This document shows, piece by piece, positions 12,166 to 24,130 of a DNA stretch of 55,784 nt. How positions within the stretch are numbered: the first letter of the stretch is position 1; the number at the start of each line of letters is the position of its first letter. Made by a program: the position numbers and the translations under genes. Below the pieces are notes generated by a model. It ran no database searches. It saw nothing but the letters and a program-made list of their open reading frames with translations, and was not told where the DNA came from. This stretch comes from Prorocentrum cordatum. Its lineage: Eukaryota. The stretch is from positions 62,001 to 117,784 of the forward strand of contig CAUYUJ010000132.1 in NCBI GenBank assembly GCA_963575745.1. Reading direction: 5' to 3'.

Positions 12166-13499
12166 GCCACGCTGCGCTCGGCCGGCTGACGGCGTTGGGC
12201 GGCGGTGCCGGCGACGGCGGCGAGCACGGCGGCGATGGCGGCTTATCTCGATCTCGATCGCTGAACGTCCACCCGAAACGGGTCGGCCCGGTTGATTGCC
12301 AGTCTTTTAAGCCATAGCGGAGGCAAGCTCCGCTCGGCTTATGATGCTCCAACCTACTTTAGCCTCGTTCGCCAGGAAGAATTTCGAGCGCCCCAAAAAA
12401 GTACCGAAACTCCAGGGTTTTCACGCGTCGGGCCCTGGGAGACACTCGCCTGACACTGTTTCGACGCTGTCTCGACACTCTTTTGACACTTTTCCGGGTG
12501 CTGGAAATTGTTTCTGGGATGCGGTCCTTAAATAGGATGGGAACAACATAACGCTCGACGACATGTACATACGTCACAATCCCTCTTTTGAGGCAACTGG
12601 AGCACGTGGGCTCTCATGGTTGGGAGGTGTCGAGCCCCAGGCCGACTTTGCTTTCCCACGCAGTCTAGCAAGGGTGACACGGCCCTTTTTCTGAGTGTGT
12701 TCGCAAGGCAAATCAGCAGGGGATAACGAAAAAAGCTCAACGCAAGCTTCGGGGCGTTGGGTTTGCGCTTCAGGTATTGCGAAGGCCTTGCGGCTGGTGC
12801 CGTCGATCCTACAGGGGGACGACGACGGCGACGGCGAAACATAATCCCAAACCGAAGGCAAATCATTGAATTTGCCCGATTGGGCTTCTCTCGGTAGTGT
12901 TCTTGGGGCTCCCTTGGGCAACTTGGAGGCCTCTCGGCGGCTTCTTGGGCGCCTCTTGGGACCTCTTGGGGCGCAAGGGCCGAAATGCCGGTTGGGGGCA
13001 CCCCTCTCGGGAACCTCTTGGCTCTTGGGGCTTTTTCTGGGCCGTCGTGGGGCCGTCATGGGGCCGTCATGGGGCGTCATGGGGCCGTCTTGGGGCTGGG
13101 GCTCTCTCGGCAGCCTCCTGGGCCCCCGGTGCTCCCTGCCCGCTTGTCGGCAGTCCGCCTACCACTCCTCTGCTTGTCCGGCTGTCTGGGTTTGGGGGAG
13201 GGAGGAGGGAGGAGGGAGGAGGGAGGAGGGAGGAGGGAGGAGTGAGGAGGGAGGAGGGAGGAGGGAGGAGGCGCGCGGGCCACTTGCTGCAGACACTGGT
13301 GCGGCATCGGGGGAAGAAGCGCGGTGACCACGACCAAGATGTCGCGGGATCTTGTCCGCGCCGATCCTGGTCCTGGCCCATGTCGGCCGTCGCCGATCGT
13401 TCCCCCTCGCCCCCGCAGACCTGCCGCTGGTACGACAATCAGGAGGAGAAAACACACAGACACAATTCATCGTCGATTCCCCAGAAGGTATGGGAAAAT

Positions 13500-14501
13500 C
13501 CGTAAGGGCTTCGCCCCCTGCCGCCGGCCCCCTCTCTCGGAGAATGGGCCATGGATGAGCTAAGTCATGAGGCCTTGGCGCTGTCGTGAAGCAGTATCGA
13601 AACTTCATGCGAAGCCGATTCGCAATCAGCAAAACCAACTGATCACAAGAGGGGTTACCACACCTGGCGATTGGTAAGACGTGTATGGTTTACGGGCTTG
13701 GTTACCACACCTTGCGATTAAAGGGCCGAGGGAGTTCTCGCAGTTTGGGTTACCACGCCTTGCGATGGATGTGCGTGAAGGGTGGCACCGAATTTCAGAA
13801 ATGTGCAAATCCCAGTGTTTTTGGACCCTGACCCGCGGATCTGCGTAAGGGGTGGCGCCGAATTTCAGAAATGTGGCAAATCCCTGTGTTTTTGGACCCT
13901 GACCCCGCGGATCTGCGTGAGGGGTGGCACCGAATTTCAGAAATGTGGCAAATCCCCTGTGTTTTTGGACCCTGACCCCGCGGATCTGCGTGAGGGGTGG
14001 CACCGAATTTCAGAAATGTGGCAAATCCCCTGTGTTTTTGGACCCTGACCCCGCGGATCTGCGTGAGGGGTGGCACCGAATTTCAGAAATGTGGCAAATC
14101 CCCTGTGTTTTTGGACCCTGACCCCGCGGATCTGCGTGAGGGGTGGCACCGAATTTCAGAAATGTGGCAAATCCCTGTGTTTTTGGACCCTGACCCCGCG
14201 GATCTGCGTGAGGGGTGGCACCGAATTTCAGAAATGTGGCAAATCCCTGTGTTTTTGGACCCTGACCCCGCGGATCTGCGTGAGGGGTGTCGATTTCGAG
14301 CCCCCCCAGCAATTCAGACAACGCGCCCAGGAGACGCGAAAAATCTTGTTTGGGCCTCTCCTCCCCTCGCGCGGTCAATCAACTAGTTACAGTAACCAGC
14401 AAGAAGCAGAACTGTAACACTGGAAACTACAACCTACGACTGGTACAGGAAACTGCGAATCACGGTCCTACAGCCTGGTGGCCCCACAAGGGGGCCGGCG
14501 G
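13500..14501. mobile_element. 1002-bp non-autonomous insertion with CCG...CGG ends, AT target duplication, offset inverted repeat and 3' hairpin
   Basis: It splits a ~155-bp repeat whose intact copies at 661-811 and 1895-2054 define the empty site. Flanked AT|CCG and CGG|AT. CCGCCGGCCCC at 13521-13531 is the reverse complement of the terminal GGGGCCGGCGG (14491-14501). Hairpin GGCCCC-acaag-GGGGCC at 14480-14496. Confidence 0.85.
13767..14289. repeat. Tandem array of about 7.3 copies of a 70-73-bp unit
   Basis: Unit GGATCTGCGTGAGGGGTGGCACCGAATTTCAGAAATGTGGCAAATCCC(C)TGTGTTTTTGGACCCTGACCCCGC. AATTTC recurs at 13791, 13861, 13933, 14006, 14079, 14152 and 14224. Confidence 0.97.
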
Positions 14502-14603
14502 ATTTGGGAAGTGGGGGGGAAGACAAGAGCCCAGAAAATATGAGGACATTTGGGGAATCCTGTTATTTGTGTCTATTTATTTGTGTGTCCCAGGGCCCCT
14601 TCA

Positions 14604-17600
14604 AGGACGGAAGGTGCCTGGACACGGGTTCACCTCTGGCAAGTGCAGGGTCGTGGAACCATGCGAATTACCACCAGATGGCGGTGCACCTCCGCCAACA
14701 GCACAGCCGGCACCAGCACCTCCGTATCAGAGTGCCGGCAGCGGTGGAATGTCACCGCGAGCGGCATCGGGCCAACACGAACAGCCAATCACGAGCACCA
14801 CGCCCGGCCGCACAGTCGGATTCAAGCGACACTGCGAGACGCACGCGTGGCGACTCGCCAGACTCTGAACGAGACGAACAAGCCATGGGCCGACGCGGTA
14901 GAGGTCAGGGCGTCACGCCATCACCTGAGGATCCAAGGTGTCGGGGCACCTGCTGGGCCACCACGACTCCGAGACTGGATTGGATTCGATGTCGAATTCA
15001 GCCTACGTAGCCTTAAAGGTCATGACCCAGCAATTGTCGGATGTGAGCTGCGGGAACTACACCTCGGATGGAATCGCGCCAAAGAGCTTAAGATGCGGCT
15101 AATTCTCCCGAAGCTGGGCCTCGATTCTGTCCCTCTGGGCATGATCAAGGAGGCCAGCGACACCTGTAGGGAATGCCGTGCCCACTTCAACGAGGATGTG
15201 GAGTGTGATCCGATTTTCTACAGTATATGTATCGTCTTTCATATTTGTGACCGCTGCATAAGACGGAGTTGGGGACAGGAAATTCCTGACCGTACTATGC
15301 ACGCCATTCTAGATGCCTATCACTATTGCTGGGGTATCTACGAGAATTGCAAAATCCTATGCTCCGTTGGAGGGGGCGCCTTGCAGTCAACCCGCGTAGT
15401 AAGGCTGAACAACTTTCCAAGGATACCCTTGCATCCTTGCCCCGTCGGCTCGTCCTCAGCGACTTTCGCTGGCCAGCCCCATCCGGAAAACATCAACATG
15501 GTTTTCCAAGGCCCTTGCATGCTTACCGCACATCCTTACAATTGCGTTGACTGTAAACAACGACGCGGCGAAAACTATTTGAAAGGACGCAGGCGCCGAA
15601 CGTCGGATACGAGGTCCAAGTTAACGTGCGACCACCATCGAGGCTATGACTGACATCTCACGCGGCGCGACGCACATTATGGACAACTATTGGAAGAACA
15701 CGGGTCGACCGATAGAATTCAAGGTGGCTTTTTGCTGAGGCCTTATTCGTGCGCAGTGCTTTTACATGCCGCGACGGGGTATCAGCCTACGACGCATTAC
15801 TTGCGCGTCGACTGGCATGCCAGCCTGACCTGAACCTACCAGATCACGAGTCGCCGACGGAAGCGTCCGACCATAACAGGGAAACAACAGGTACGTCAGG
15901 TAAGCATTGAAGCCATAACGCAGGCAAATGCAGCGGCGAAAGCCAATCGGGCCCTGAAGACAACCACCAAGCAGGCTGGACAGCTCTGCTATCAACTAGG
16001 ATTCTTAGTTGACAACCGGCGACCTACAGCGAACAAGGACGATAGGGGAGGATGGAACGTACCATTTCCAGTAGTGCGCAACGTACCTGGTCGTGGACAT
16101 GTTATCTTGCAGTCGGGTTCTAGGTGCACCATTCTCCAATATACAGTCGTCAGCCACGCGCTTTATATCGAAGCTTGAATGCTACGTGAAGTTGGATCTG
16201 GCAGCGCTGCCATGCGTACAGTGGTTACCTTCATGACCTCGCTGCAGGGCGTCCTGGTATCACGTTCGGGTATACCCCTGACTCGCGAGAAAACTTGCGC
16301 ATGACGATTGGCAGCATTATGCACCTTAATCTGCATCTAGCAGCACAGTATATCATTCGCTGTGGTATCGCACTTGAGGACAGGGCACCTCGCCAAGAGC
16401 GAACGCAAGATGCCGCGCTTCTCGCGTGCAGACAGCGCGCTCATACACTACAATCGTGATGTGAACCCTAGATGCCATTTTTGCGAAGCAAGCGGGACCG
16501 CCATGAGCGTCAGGGACATCACGGGTGGTGCTCGATCCATGATAATCCAGCGCCTCAAATTCTCCCAGCTTCTGGCTGGATTCGATGAGGACCTCCCCGC
16601 TGTCAGGAACTCGCAGGTGGCTGTTCGGGCAGCAACCAAGGAAGGCGACCGCAAGAACATGTTGCCGAAAAGCCACCGGTTGGACCTGATAGGGGCCGGC
16701 TCTCAACGATCCAGGACGAAACGGAAGAGGGCGCGGGTGTGCGCATTATGGAGGAGTGGTTTGCTGAGGTCAAGGAGGAGAAGGAGCTACAACATGAAAC
16801 CTTCTTGTAGTCCTATATGGCCCTGGTCTTTATGCCGTGCCGATGCAGATGGTGCCAAACGAACGCGTGCTAGTCTCTGCGATGTGCGACGGGCAGGGGA
16901 ACTTCCCTGCTGGGCCTGGAAAGAGGCCAGACTACGATGTAGACTCATACGCTATGCCACTACATCTGTGTGAGTACGACCATAGGTATGCGCTAAATGC
17001 AGATTGTCGTGGGAAATGCGTTGAACTAATCATTGCAGCAGACGTGGCAGAAGTCGGTTGGGCCACGCGGTTGCGGCCCCATGCGTGCGTGCGTCGCCGC
17101 GGCGTCCAAACGCGCATTGGTCGTGCAGGGGGGTGGGCTTTTGACGGGGCGAGATTCAAGAACATTCTCTGAATATGTCGAACGCCCTACATGCCGAGCA
17201 ACGTATCTGGTGCGACGGCGTCTGCTTCCACTTGCGTTTGCTAGCTGAATCTTTAAGCGTCATGATATTTTGCGGTGGGCGAGATGGGGTGGGCGATTCG
17301 CCCCGGACTGCTGCTGAGGGGCTTCGTGGGCGTCGACGCTTTCGACGTCGAGACCTTCTTTGGGGCGGCAGCGTTTACTTTGCGCGGCAGCGTGCGGAAT
17401 GGCATGGGCACTTGCGTCTCCAGACAGGGATAAAGCCTGTCTGGGGGGCCTTGCCCGTCGAGAGCCCGCGGCGGCCGCGGGCGAGATTGATGTGTCAGGG
17501 TGTTTCGCGCCCCTTCCTGGATCGGCTGCTTCGCTCCGAGCGCTCTTCGCAAACTTCGACGAAGCGAAGCGCTGTCCCCAGTGCTTGAAGCCTGGCACGG

Positions 17601-18120
17601 GCGCCAAGGGTGCCGCGTGGGCATTCTCGCTCGCGCCCCGGGCGATCGCGCGTGGACTCGGGTTTCGAGGCGTCAAATGGGGCGACGAATTCGAAGTGGA
17701 CCCGAACCTGGTCGCAGCCGGACACGTTGATGATATCGACGTGGCTGGAGAAGAGAATCGCGTCGGCATGTGCGCGCAGCGCACGAGAAATTCATGTTTG
17801 GAAAATATATGAGTTATCCAAGCGCACGCGCGCTAACTGTGTTGCGCGTTGCCCCCAACTTGAGCGTCGACGCAACAGTGGGCTGGGGCGAGTGCGTCGG
17901 GCAACTGCGACCAATCCAACGCCTCGAGCTACCTGGAGCTGCGCCCGAGGAAAAGGCCTGATAGACGGTGACCGATGCTTTACTAGGTTGCGGGGGGCAT
18001 TGGCTGATCGCACAGGTTAGGCTCGTGGTCCATGTCGTCTCGCTCCAACGGGTCAAGGCCGGCGAAACGTCCAAGTTCGGGGGCTGAACGCGGTGGCCAG
18101 GAAACTGTTATTCCCCAGGC
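14604..18120 (+). mobile_element. Degenerate Ty1/Copia LTR-retrotransposon pol fragment (integrase then reverse transcriptase), frameshifted, no LTRs or RNase H seen
   Basis: Integrase Zn-finger remnant LH...CREC (15057-15176) and core 'FNEDVECD.IFY...FHICDRCIR'. Integrase C-terminal 'VRQVSIEAITQA...KDDRGGWN' (about 15.9-16.1 kb). RT motifs LLLRGF (17307, cf. RLVARGF), 'ASPDRDKACLGG' (cf. DVKTAFLNG), 'LKPGTGAKGAAWAF' (cf. LYGLKQAPRAW) and HVDD at 17723-17734. IN before RT is the Copia order. Confidence 0.85.
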
Positions 18121-18149
18121 AGAGCTTGCCTCTGTAGGGGTCCTAGCGG

Positions 18150-18686
18150 ATTCATATGGTTAGGTTAGGTTCGCCGCCGATTTTCGCGGCACGCCCGGGT
18201 GCCCGGGGGGCCGGGGGTGCCCGGGTGCCCGGGGGTGCCCGGGGGTGCCCGGGTGCCCGGGTGCCCGCGGGTGCCCGGGCGTGCCTGGGGGTGCCCTGGT
18301 GCCCGGGTGCCCTGGTGCCCGGGTGCCCGGGCGTGCTCGGGGGTGCCTGGGGGTGCCCGGGGGTGCCCTATAGCCCTATAGCCCAATAGCCCTATAGCCG
18401 TACAACTCTATAGATCTATAGCTCTATAGCCCTATAGCTCAATATTCATAAGGTTAGGTTAGGTTTGCCGCCGATTTTCGCGGCGCGCCCGGGTGCCCGG
18501 GTGCCCGGGGGTGCCCGCGGGTGCCCGGGTGCCCGGGTGCCCGGGTGCCCGGGCGTGCCCGGGGGTGCTGGGGGTGCCGGGGGGTGCCCTACAGCCCTAT
18601 GGCCCAATAGCCCTGTAGCTCTACAACTCTATAGCCCTATAGCTCAATAGCCCTATAGCCCGATAGCCCCCTAGCCCTATAGCCCT
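18150..18686. repeat. Two tandem units (first 294 bp): ATTCATA(T/A)GGTTAGGTTAGGTT head, then (GGGTGCCC)n, then (TATAGCCC)n
   Basis: Heads at 18150 and 18444 are followed by the same ordered blocks of 8-10-bp repeats. Confidence 0.9.
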
Positions 18687-20547
18687 GATTGGGTTTTTCT
18701 CTGGTATCATTGCGTCCTAAGAAAAAAGTATACCCAGCCATTGCGCCGAAGGGCGAGGTAGATATTCGCCGCGACTCCGGGTGCCGATGGTTGACCGGCG
18801 GCGCCGACGACGAGGGGAAGGGAGGCGCGGCGTCCGCCGGGCAAGCCTGCTTCGGCGCGGCAGCGCGCCGAACGGTGCAGTCCCTGTCCACCTCGTGGAA
18901 GCGCGCTGTAAGTCACGTCGGCTTCGGGTGTGTTCGAGATATTCAGGGAAGCGCTGGCTGCGGCGCATCATCGCGAGCACTGCTACACGACGAGTGTCAC
19001 GCGGCGCTAACTCAACATAGGGGCCGCCATATCCCCAGAAGGATTCAGAAACGTATTAGGAAGAAGGGTTCTCTGCGTGAAGATGTCTCTCGCCATTTGT
19101 GCCGAGTCTGTCCTCGTGTCCTTGTCGAGCAATGGCCCGGCGAAGCCCGTGGAGCGTCGCGCGGAGTGTTCAGTGGCGCGCTGCGCGCGACATCTTTGGT
19201 GACGAACGCGCATCTGGTAGTGTTGATCGCGGTTTGTTGTTGCAAGCCATGTCGGGCCTTCAGTGATGTCGGGCGATGTGAAGAAGTGCGCGCCACATCG
19301 CAGCGCGGAGCGCGCGCGATTGTGGGGCTTGCCCCGCGCGGGGTTGCGCGAGGCCTCACGACTGGCGCGTGGCGGCCACGCGGCGTGGCCGCGGGCCCCG
19401 ACCGCCCGTTCTTTTGAGGCCTGGCGACAGGCGCCCGGCAGCGGGCTCCAGACATCATTTTTTTTTTGCGTTGTTTGGCTTATATGCGCTTGGCAACAAG
19501 CTGTTTGTCCGCCGTAGCGAGCAAGATTGCTAGGTGTGGGAGGGGCGGGTGCTGGCCTACCAGCGGTTGCCTTCGGCGGGGAGTGTTCCTCGCTCGTTTC
19601 TCGCGTCCATAAATGGGTACACTAATGCGCGCTTTTCTGGTGTCGTGCCTGCGTGCAGGAAAGGGGCGCGATGTGCTTCGTTCTCTTCCCCTCCCAGCTT
19701 TAAGGAGCTGCTTAGCTGGATGGCCGCGCGGAGGAGGAACAGCCAACGCGTCCGTGGCCATTTATTGTTCAGGTGCCGGCGTCAGGATTTGAATCACCAC
19801 TGTGATACTGAGTGTGGGATTATATATCTATAGGTATAAGTTTGTATATATTTATAGGCACATCTATGCACATACATGTTTAGTTACACATACCCACAAC
19901 GTCAGGCATTCTGCCGATTTTTGTAATGGGCAACATTGATGAACCCCTCCCCGAAAAAGGGGAAGAGGGGCGACGGGAGAGGAAATGCCTTAAACCACCT
20001 TTGGCCCAGAGGGCTGGTGGGATTCTGGAACTCTTGGAAGATATTTTGAGCCGGTTGTGACATGGTATCATGCTCGTCGTTATCAAGGGATGTGAAGCCG
20101 ATGCGGCACCCGAAACGGTCAACGGGGGCCCAGTGCATCGAGACGGGACTGGTGGGGGTGGGGCAGGATGGCGGCTGTGGCAAAAGCGCTCTTGGCTTGC
20201 CCCTCTCTTTTTTTTGCTCATCTCTCCAGGTTCCCCCCCCCCCCCGGCAGGATGCGAGCCAGATGTGGCAGTTGGGGTGCCAACTGCCATCGTGCCTTCT
20301 TCCGCTTCGCGACCGATTATCCGCTTTCTTCTGTTATCGTCTCTCCTCTCCCCCCTTGTCCCTTCTCGACAACCAAAGCGCTGAAAGAAGGACCGCTTTG
20401 GGCTCGGAAGGGGCTCGATGTTCCTCGGGTCCTTCCTTGGGTGTTCCTCCAGCCCCCCTCCTGCGCCCAGGCGCCTTTGGGGACTAAGGGGCATCGTTCC
20501 TCATTTAGCGTTCCTTGCGTTCCTTTCTTCAGCGACAGCCTGACTGT

Positions 20548-20647
20548 NNNNNNNNNNNNNNNNNNNNNNNNNNNNNNNNNNNNNNNNNNNNNNNNNNNNN
20601 NNNNNNNNNNNNNNNNNNNNNNNNNNNNNNNNNNNNNNNNNNNNNNN
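20548..20647. other. Assembly gap (100 N)
   Basis: Run of n. Confidence 1.
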
Positions 20648-21919
20648 AAGGCTGTGTACTAACTCATGAATGCGAAGACCAGCGAACATAGGTGCAAGCG
20701 ATTGCCGCTAACAATCCGAGGGGACCGTGGGAAGGGTGCGCGTCGGGACCTCGAAAGAAGACTCCCGGTCACCGCGGCAAGCACGACCCGAGCCCCTCCG
20801 CAGAGTCGGTGGAGGATGACGCCATACGCAATACAGTCAAACGGTTCGGGGGTGGACCGACCTCCTACCCTGACACATCGATTAGCGAATTGGCCGTTTC
20901 CGGTTTGCGAGAGGGCGTCGCGGCCGTCATTTTTGCGGGTCCAGGTCCGTCGGTTTCGGTCCCAGGCCGTTTTCCTTAAAGGGAGGTTTACTAAAGGGAG
21001 GTTCGTCCGTTGCCGATAAGTACACAACGTGTCCAGGGGTGTGCTTTCGTCCTTTCAGAAGCCAGGCGAAGGCTGGCAAACCCGTGGCTGCTAAGACGGA
21101 GCTCCGAGAAATTGATTGCTTCTTCCGGGAAGCAGCCCGTTTACTAAGTAGTTTGCTGAGTTTTTCTTCGGAGTGTGTTTTGTTCTTCCGGGAAGATCCT
21201 TCTAGCAGCCACGGATTTGCCAGCCCTCGCCCAGTTTCCGATCCTTGCCTCTTCGGCCGTTAATGCGTAAACGTAGGGAAAAACAGTTCGGGGGGACAGT
21301 TAAAAAATAGTTATTCCCACAGCCGTAGCGCGCATATGTGAAACAAGGGGCGGTGGGAGAAGGTGGGAGGCTGTGAGAGCATGTGGGAGGAGGCAGGGGG
21401 AGGTGGGAAGAGCTGGGGGGAGGTGGGAGGAGGTTAGAGGATTCGGGAGGACGTGGGGGGAAGCCGGAGGATGCGAAGGTACGTGGGAGGAGGTTGGGGC
21501 CAGGGGGGGGGAATGGCGGGAGGCGGGAGGAGAAGGGGAGGAAGTGGAGGAGGGACGGGAGGATGTAAGAGGAGGTTTGGGGTTGGAGCAGGTAAGGGGA
21601 GGTGGGATGGGACGGGGTCGGAGGGAGTAGAGGTGGCATTGGGAAGGGCTTGCAGAGGAGGCTTAAAGGGGACACGAGGAAGTGGAGGAGGAGGGGAACA
21701 ACGTCGACGACGACGATTACGACGACGACAAAGACGAGGAGAAGGAGGGAGAGGGAAGAGGAGGAGAAGGAGGGGGATGAAAAGGAGGAGGAGGAGCAGG
21801 AGGAGGAGGAGGAGGAGGAGGAGGAGGGGGGAACGAGACGGAGGAGGAGGAAAAGGAGGAGGAGCGCAGGAGGAGGAGCAGGCGAAGGAGGAGGAGGAGG
21901 AGGAGGAGGAAGATGGGAA

Positions 21920-24130
21920 ACAATGCCGCGATGCTAAATCGAAAAACGAATTGTGAAAACCCAATGTAAGACTTCATTCTCTGGTTGCAAGAGGCGACCA
22001 TATGAACGATGAATACTTGAAAACACACGCACACGCCACTGTGCGTACACACAATGGTGTCCCACCCACTTGGGTGACCCACCCACTCGGGTGACCCGCC
22101 CATCTGGTTGACCCACCCACTCTGGGTGACCCACCCACCTGGGTGACCCACACACCTGGGTGACATTCGCAGCTTTGTGCACGTTTTCGTATACAACGCC
22201 GCAATGCGAAATCGAAAAACGAATTTTGAAAACCAAATGTAAAACTTCATTCCCTGGATGCGAGAGGCGACCATATGAACGATGGATACTCGAAAACACA
22301 CGCACACGCCACTGTGCGCGCGCACAATGGTGTCCCACCCACCTGGTTGACCCACCCACTCGGGTGACCCACCCACCTGGGTGACCCACACACCTGGGCG
22401 ACCTTCGCAGCTTTGTACACGTTTTCGTATACAACGCCGCAATGCGAAATCGAAAAACGAATTTTGAAAACCAAATGTAAAACTCCATTCTCTGGATGCA
22501 AGGGGCGACCATACGAACGATGAATACTTGAAAACACACGCACACGCCACTGTGCGCGCGCACAATCGTGTCCCACCCACCTGGCTGACCCACCCATTCG
22601 GGTGACCCACCCACTGGGGTGACCCACCCACTCGGGTGACCCACCCACCTGGGTGACCCGCCCACTCTGGGTGACACACCCACCTGGGTGACCTTCGCAG
22701 CTTTGTGCACGTTTTCGTACACAACGCCGCGATGCCAAATCGAAAGACGAAGTGTGAAAACCCAATGTAAAACTGGATCCTCTGGACGCAGGAGGCGGCC
22801 ATATGAACGATGAATGCTTGAAAACACATGGAAACGACGCCGTGCGGTCGCACAATGGTGTCTCACCCACTTGGGTGACCCAACGGTTGACCCCCCCTCC
22901 TGGGTGACCCACCCGACTGGGTGACCTTCGCAGCGTCGTGCACGTTTTCGCATACAACGCCGCGAAGCTACATCGAAACACGAATGGTGAAAACCCAATG
23001 TACGACTTCATTCCCTGGACGCAAGAGGCGGCCACATGAACGATGAATACTTGAAAACACATGGAAACGCCATTGTGCGGGCGCACAATGTTGTCCCGCC
23101 CACCTGGGTGACCCACCCACTCGGGTGACCCACCCACCTGGGTGAACCGTCCACTCGGGTGGCCCACCCACCTGGGTGACCTTCGCAGCGTCGTGCACGC
23201 CTTCGCATACAACGTCGCAGTGCTAATTCGAAAGACGGCGTGTAAAAACCCAACGTAAAACTTCATTCTCTGGTTTCAAAAGGCGGCCATGTGAACGAGG
23301 AGCGCGTCAAAACACGCACACAAGACACACACACACACACACACACACGACACTGCGCGGGGACACAATGGTGTCCCACCCACTCGGGTGACCCACCCTC
23401 CTGGGTGACCCACCCACGTGGGTAACCAACCCACTCGGGTGACCCACCCACTCGGGTGACCCACCCAACCGGGTGACCCACCCACGACCTTCGCAGCGTT
23501 GTGCACGTTGTTGCACAACGCCGCGATGCTAAATCGAAAAGCGACATGTGAAAGCCCGATTTTAAAGTTTCATCCTCTGGATGCAAGAGGCGACCATATG
23601 AACGAGGAACACTTGAAACACACGCACACACACAAACAAACTACATTGTGCGGGCGCATGGTGTCCAACCGACATGGGTGACCCACCGACCTTGATGACC
23701 CACCCACCTGGGTGACCTTCGCAGCGTTGTATACGTCTTGGTATACAATCCCGCAATGCAAAATCGAAAAACGAGTTGTGAAAACCCAGTGTACATGTTC
23801 ATTCTTTGGGCGCAAGAGGCGACCATATGAACGAGGAGTGCTGAAAATACACGCGCACAAGCGCCACTGTGCGGGCGCGCAACGGTGTCCCACCCACCTG
23901 GGTGACCCACCCACTCGGGTGACCCATCCTCCTGGGTGACCCACCCACTCGGGTGATCCACCCACCTGGGTGACCCACCCACCTGGGTGACCCACCCGCT
24001 TGGGTGACCTTCGCAGCCTGGTGTACGTGTTTGTGTACAACCCTACGATGCTAGATTGAAAAAACAAGGTGTGAAAACCCATATGTAAAACCTCACCTTT
24101 TGGATGCAAGAGGCAACCATATGAACGACT
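21920..24130. repeat. Nested satellite: eight full units of 230-306 bp plus a partial ninth, each a conserved ~175-bp block plus a variable run of 16-17-bp GGGTGACCCACCCAC(C/T) subrepeats
   Basis: Anchor (A/T)TCGAAA or variant at about 21938, 22211, 22449, 22739, 22972, 23227, 23533, 23763 and 24055. Confidence 0.95.

Noticed and set aside
13767..14289. 72-bp array as a CRISPR array
   Set aside because: Units are near-identical end to end with no unique spacers, and there are no cas genes.
14550..15653. 367-aa ORF as an intact gene
   Set aside because: It starts inside a dispersed repeat and is a mutated piece of Copia pol with degenerate HHCC and DDE residues.
18158..18171. (TTAGG)n as a telomere
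   Set aside because: Fewer than three units, internal to a repeat, and not the TTTAGGG-type telomere repeat known for dinoflagellates.
21920..24130. Satellite as a CRISPR array or as the coding ORFs 21717-22853, 21934-22998 and 22247-23266
   Set aside because: The variable parts are only copy-number changes of one subrepeat, and overlapping ORFs in all three frames are a repeat artefact.
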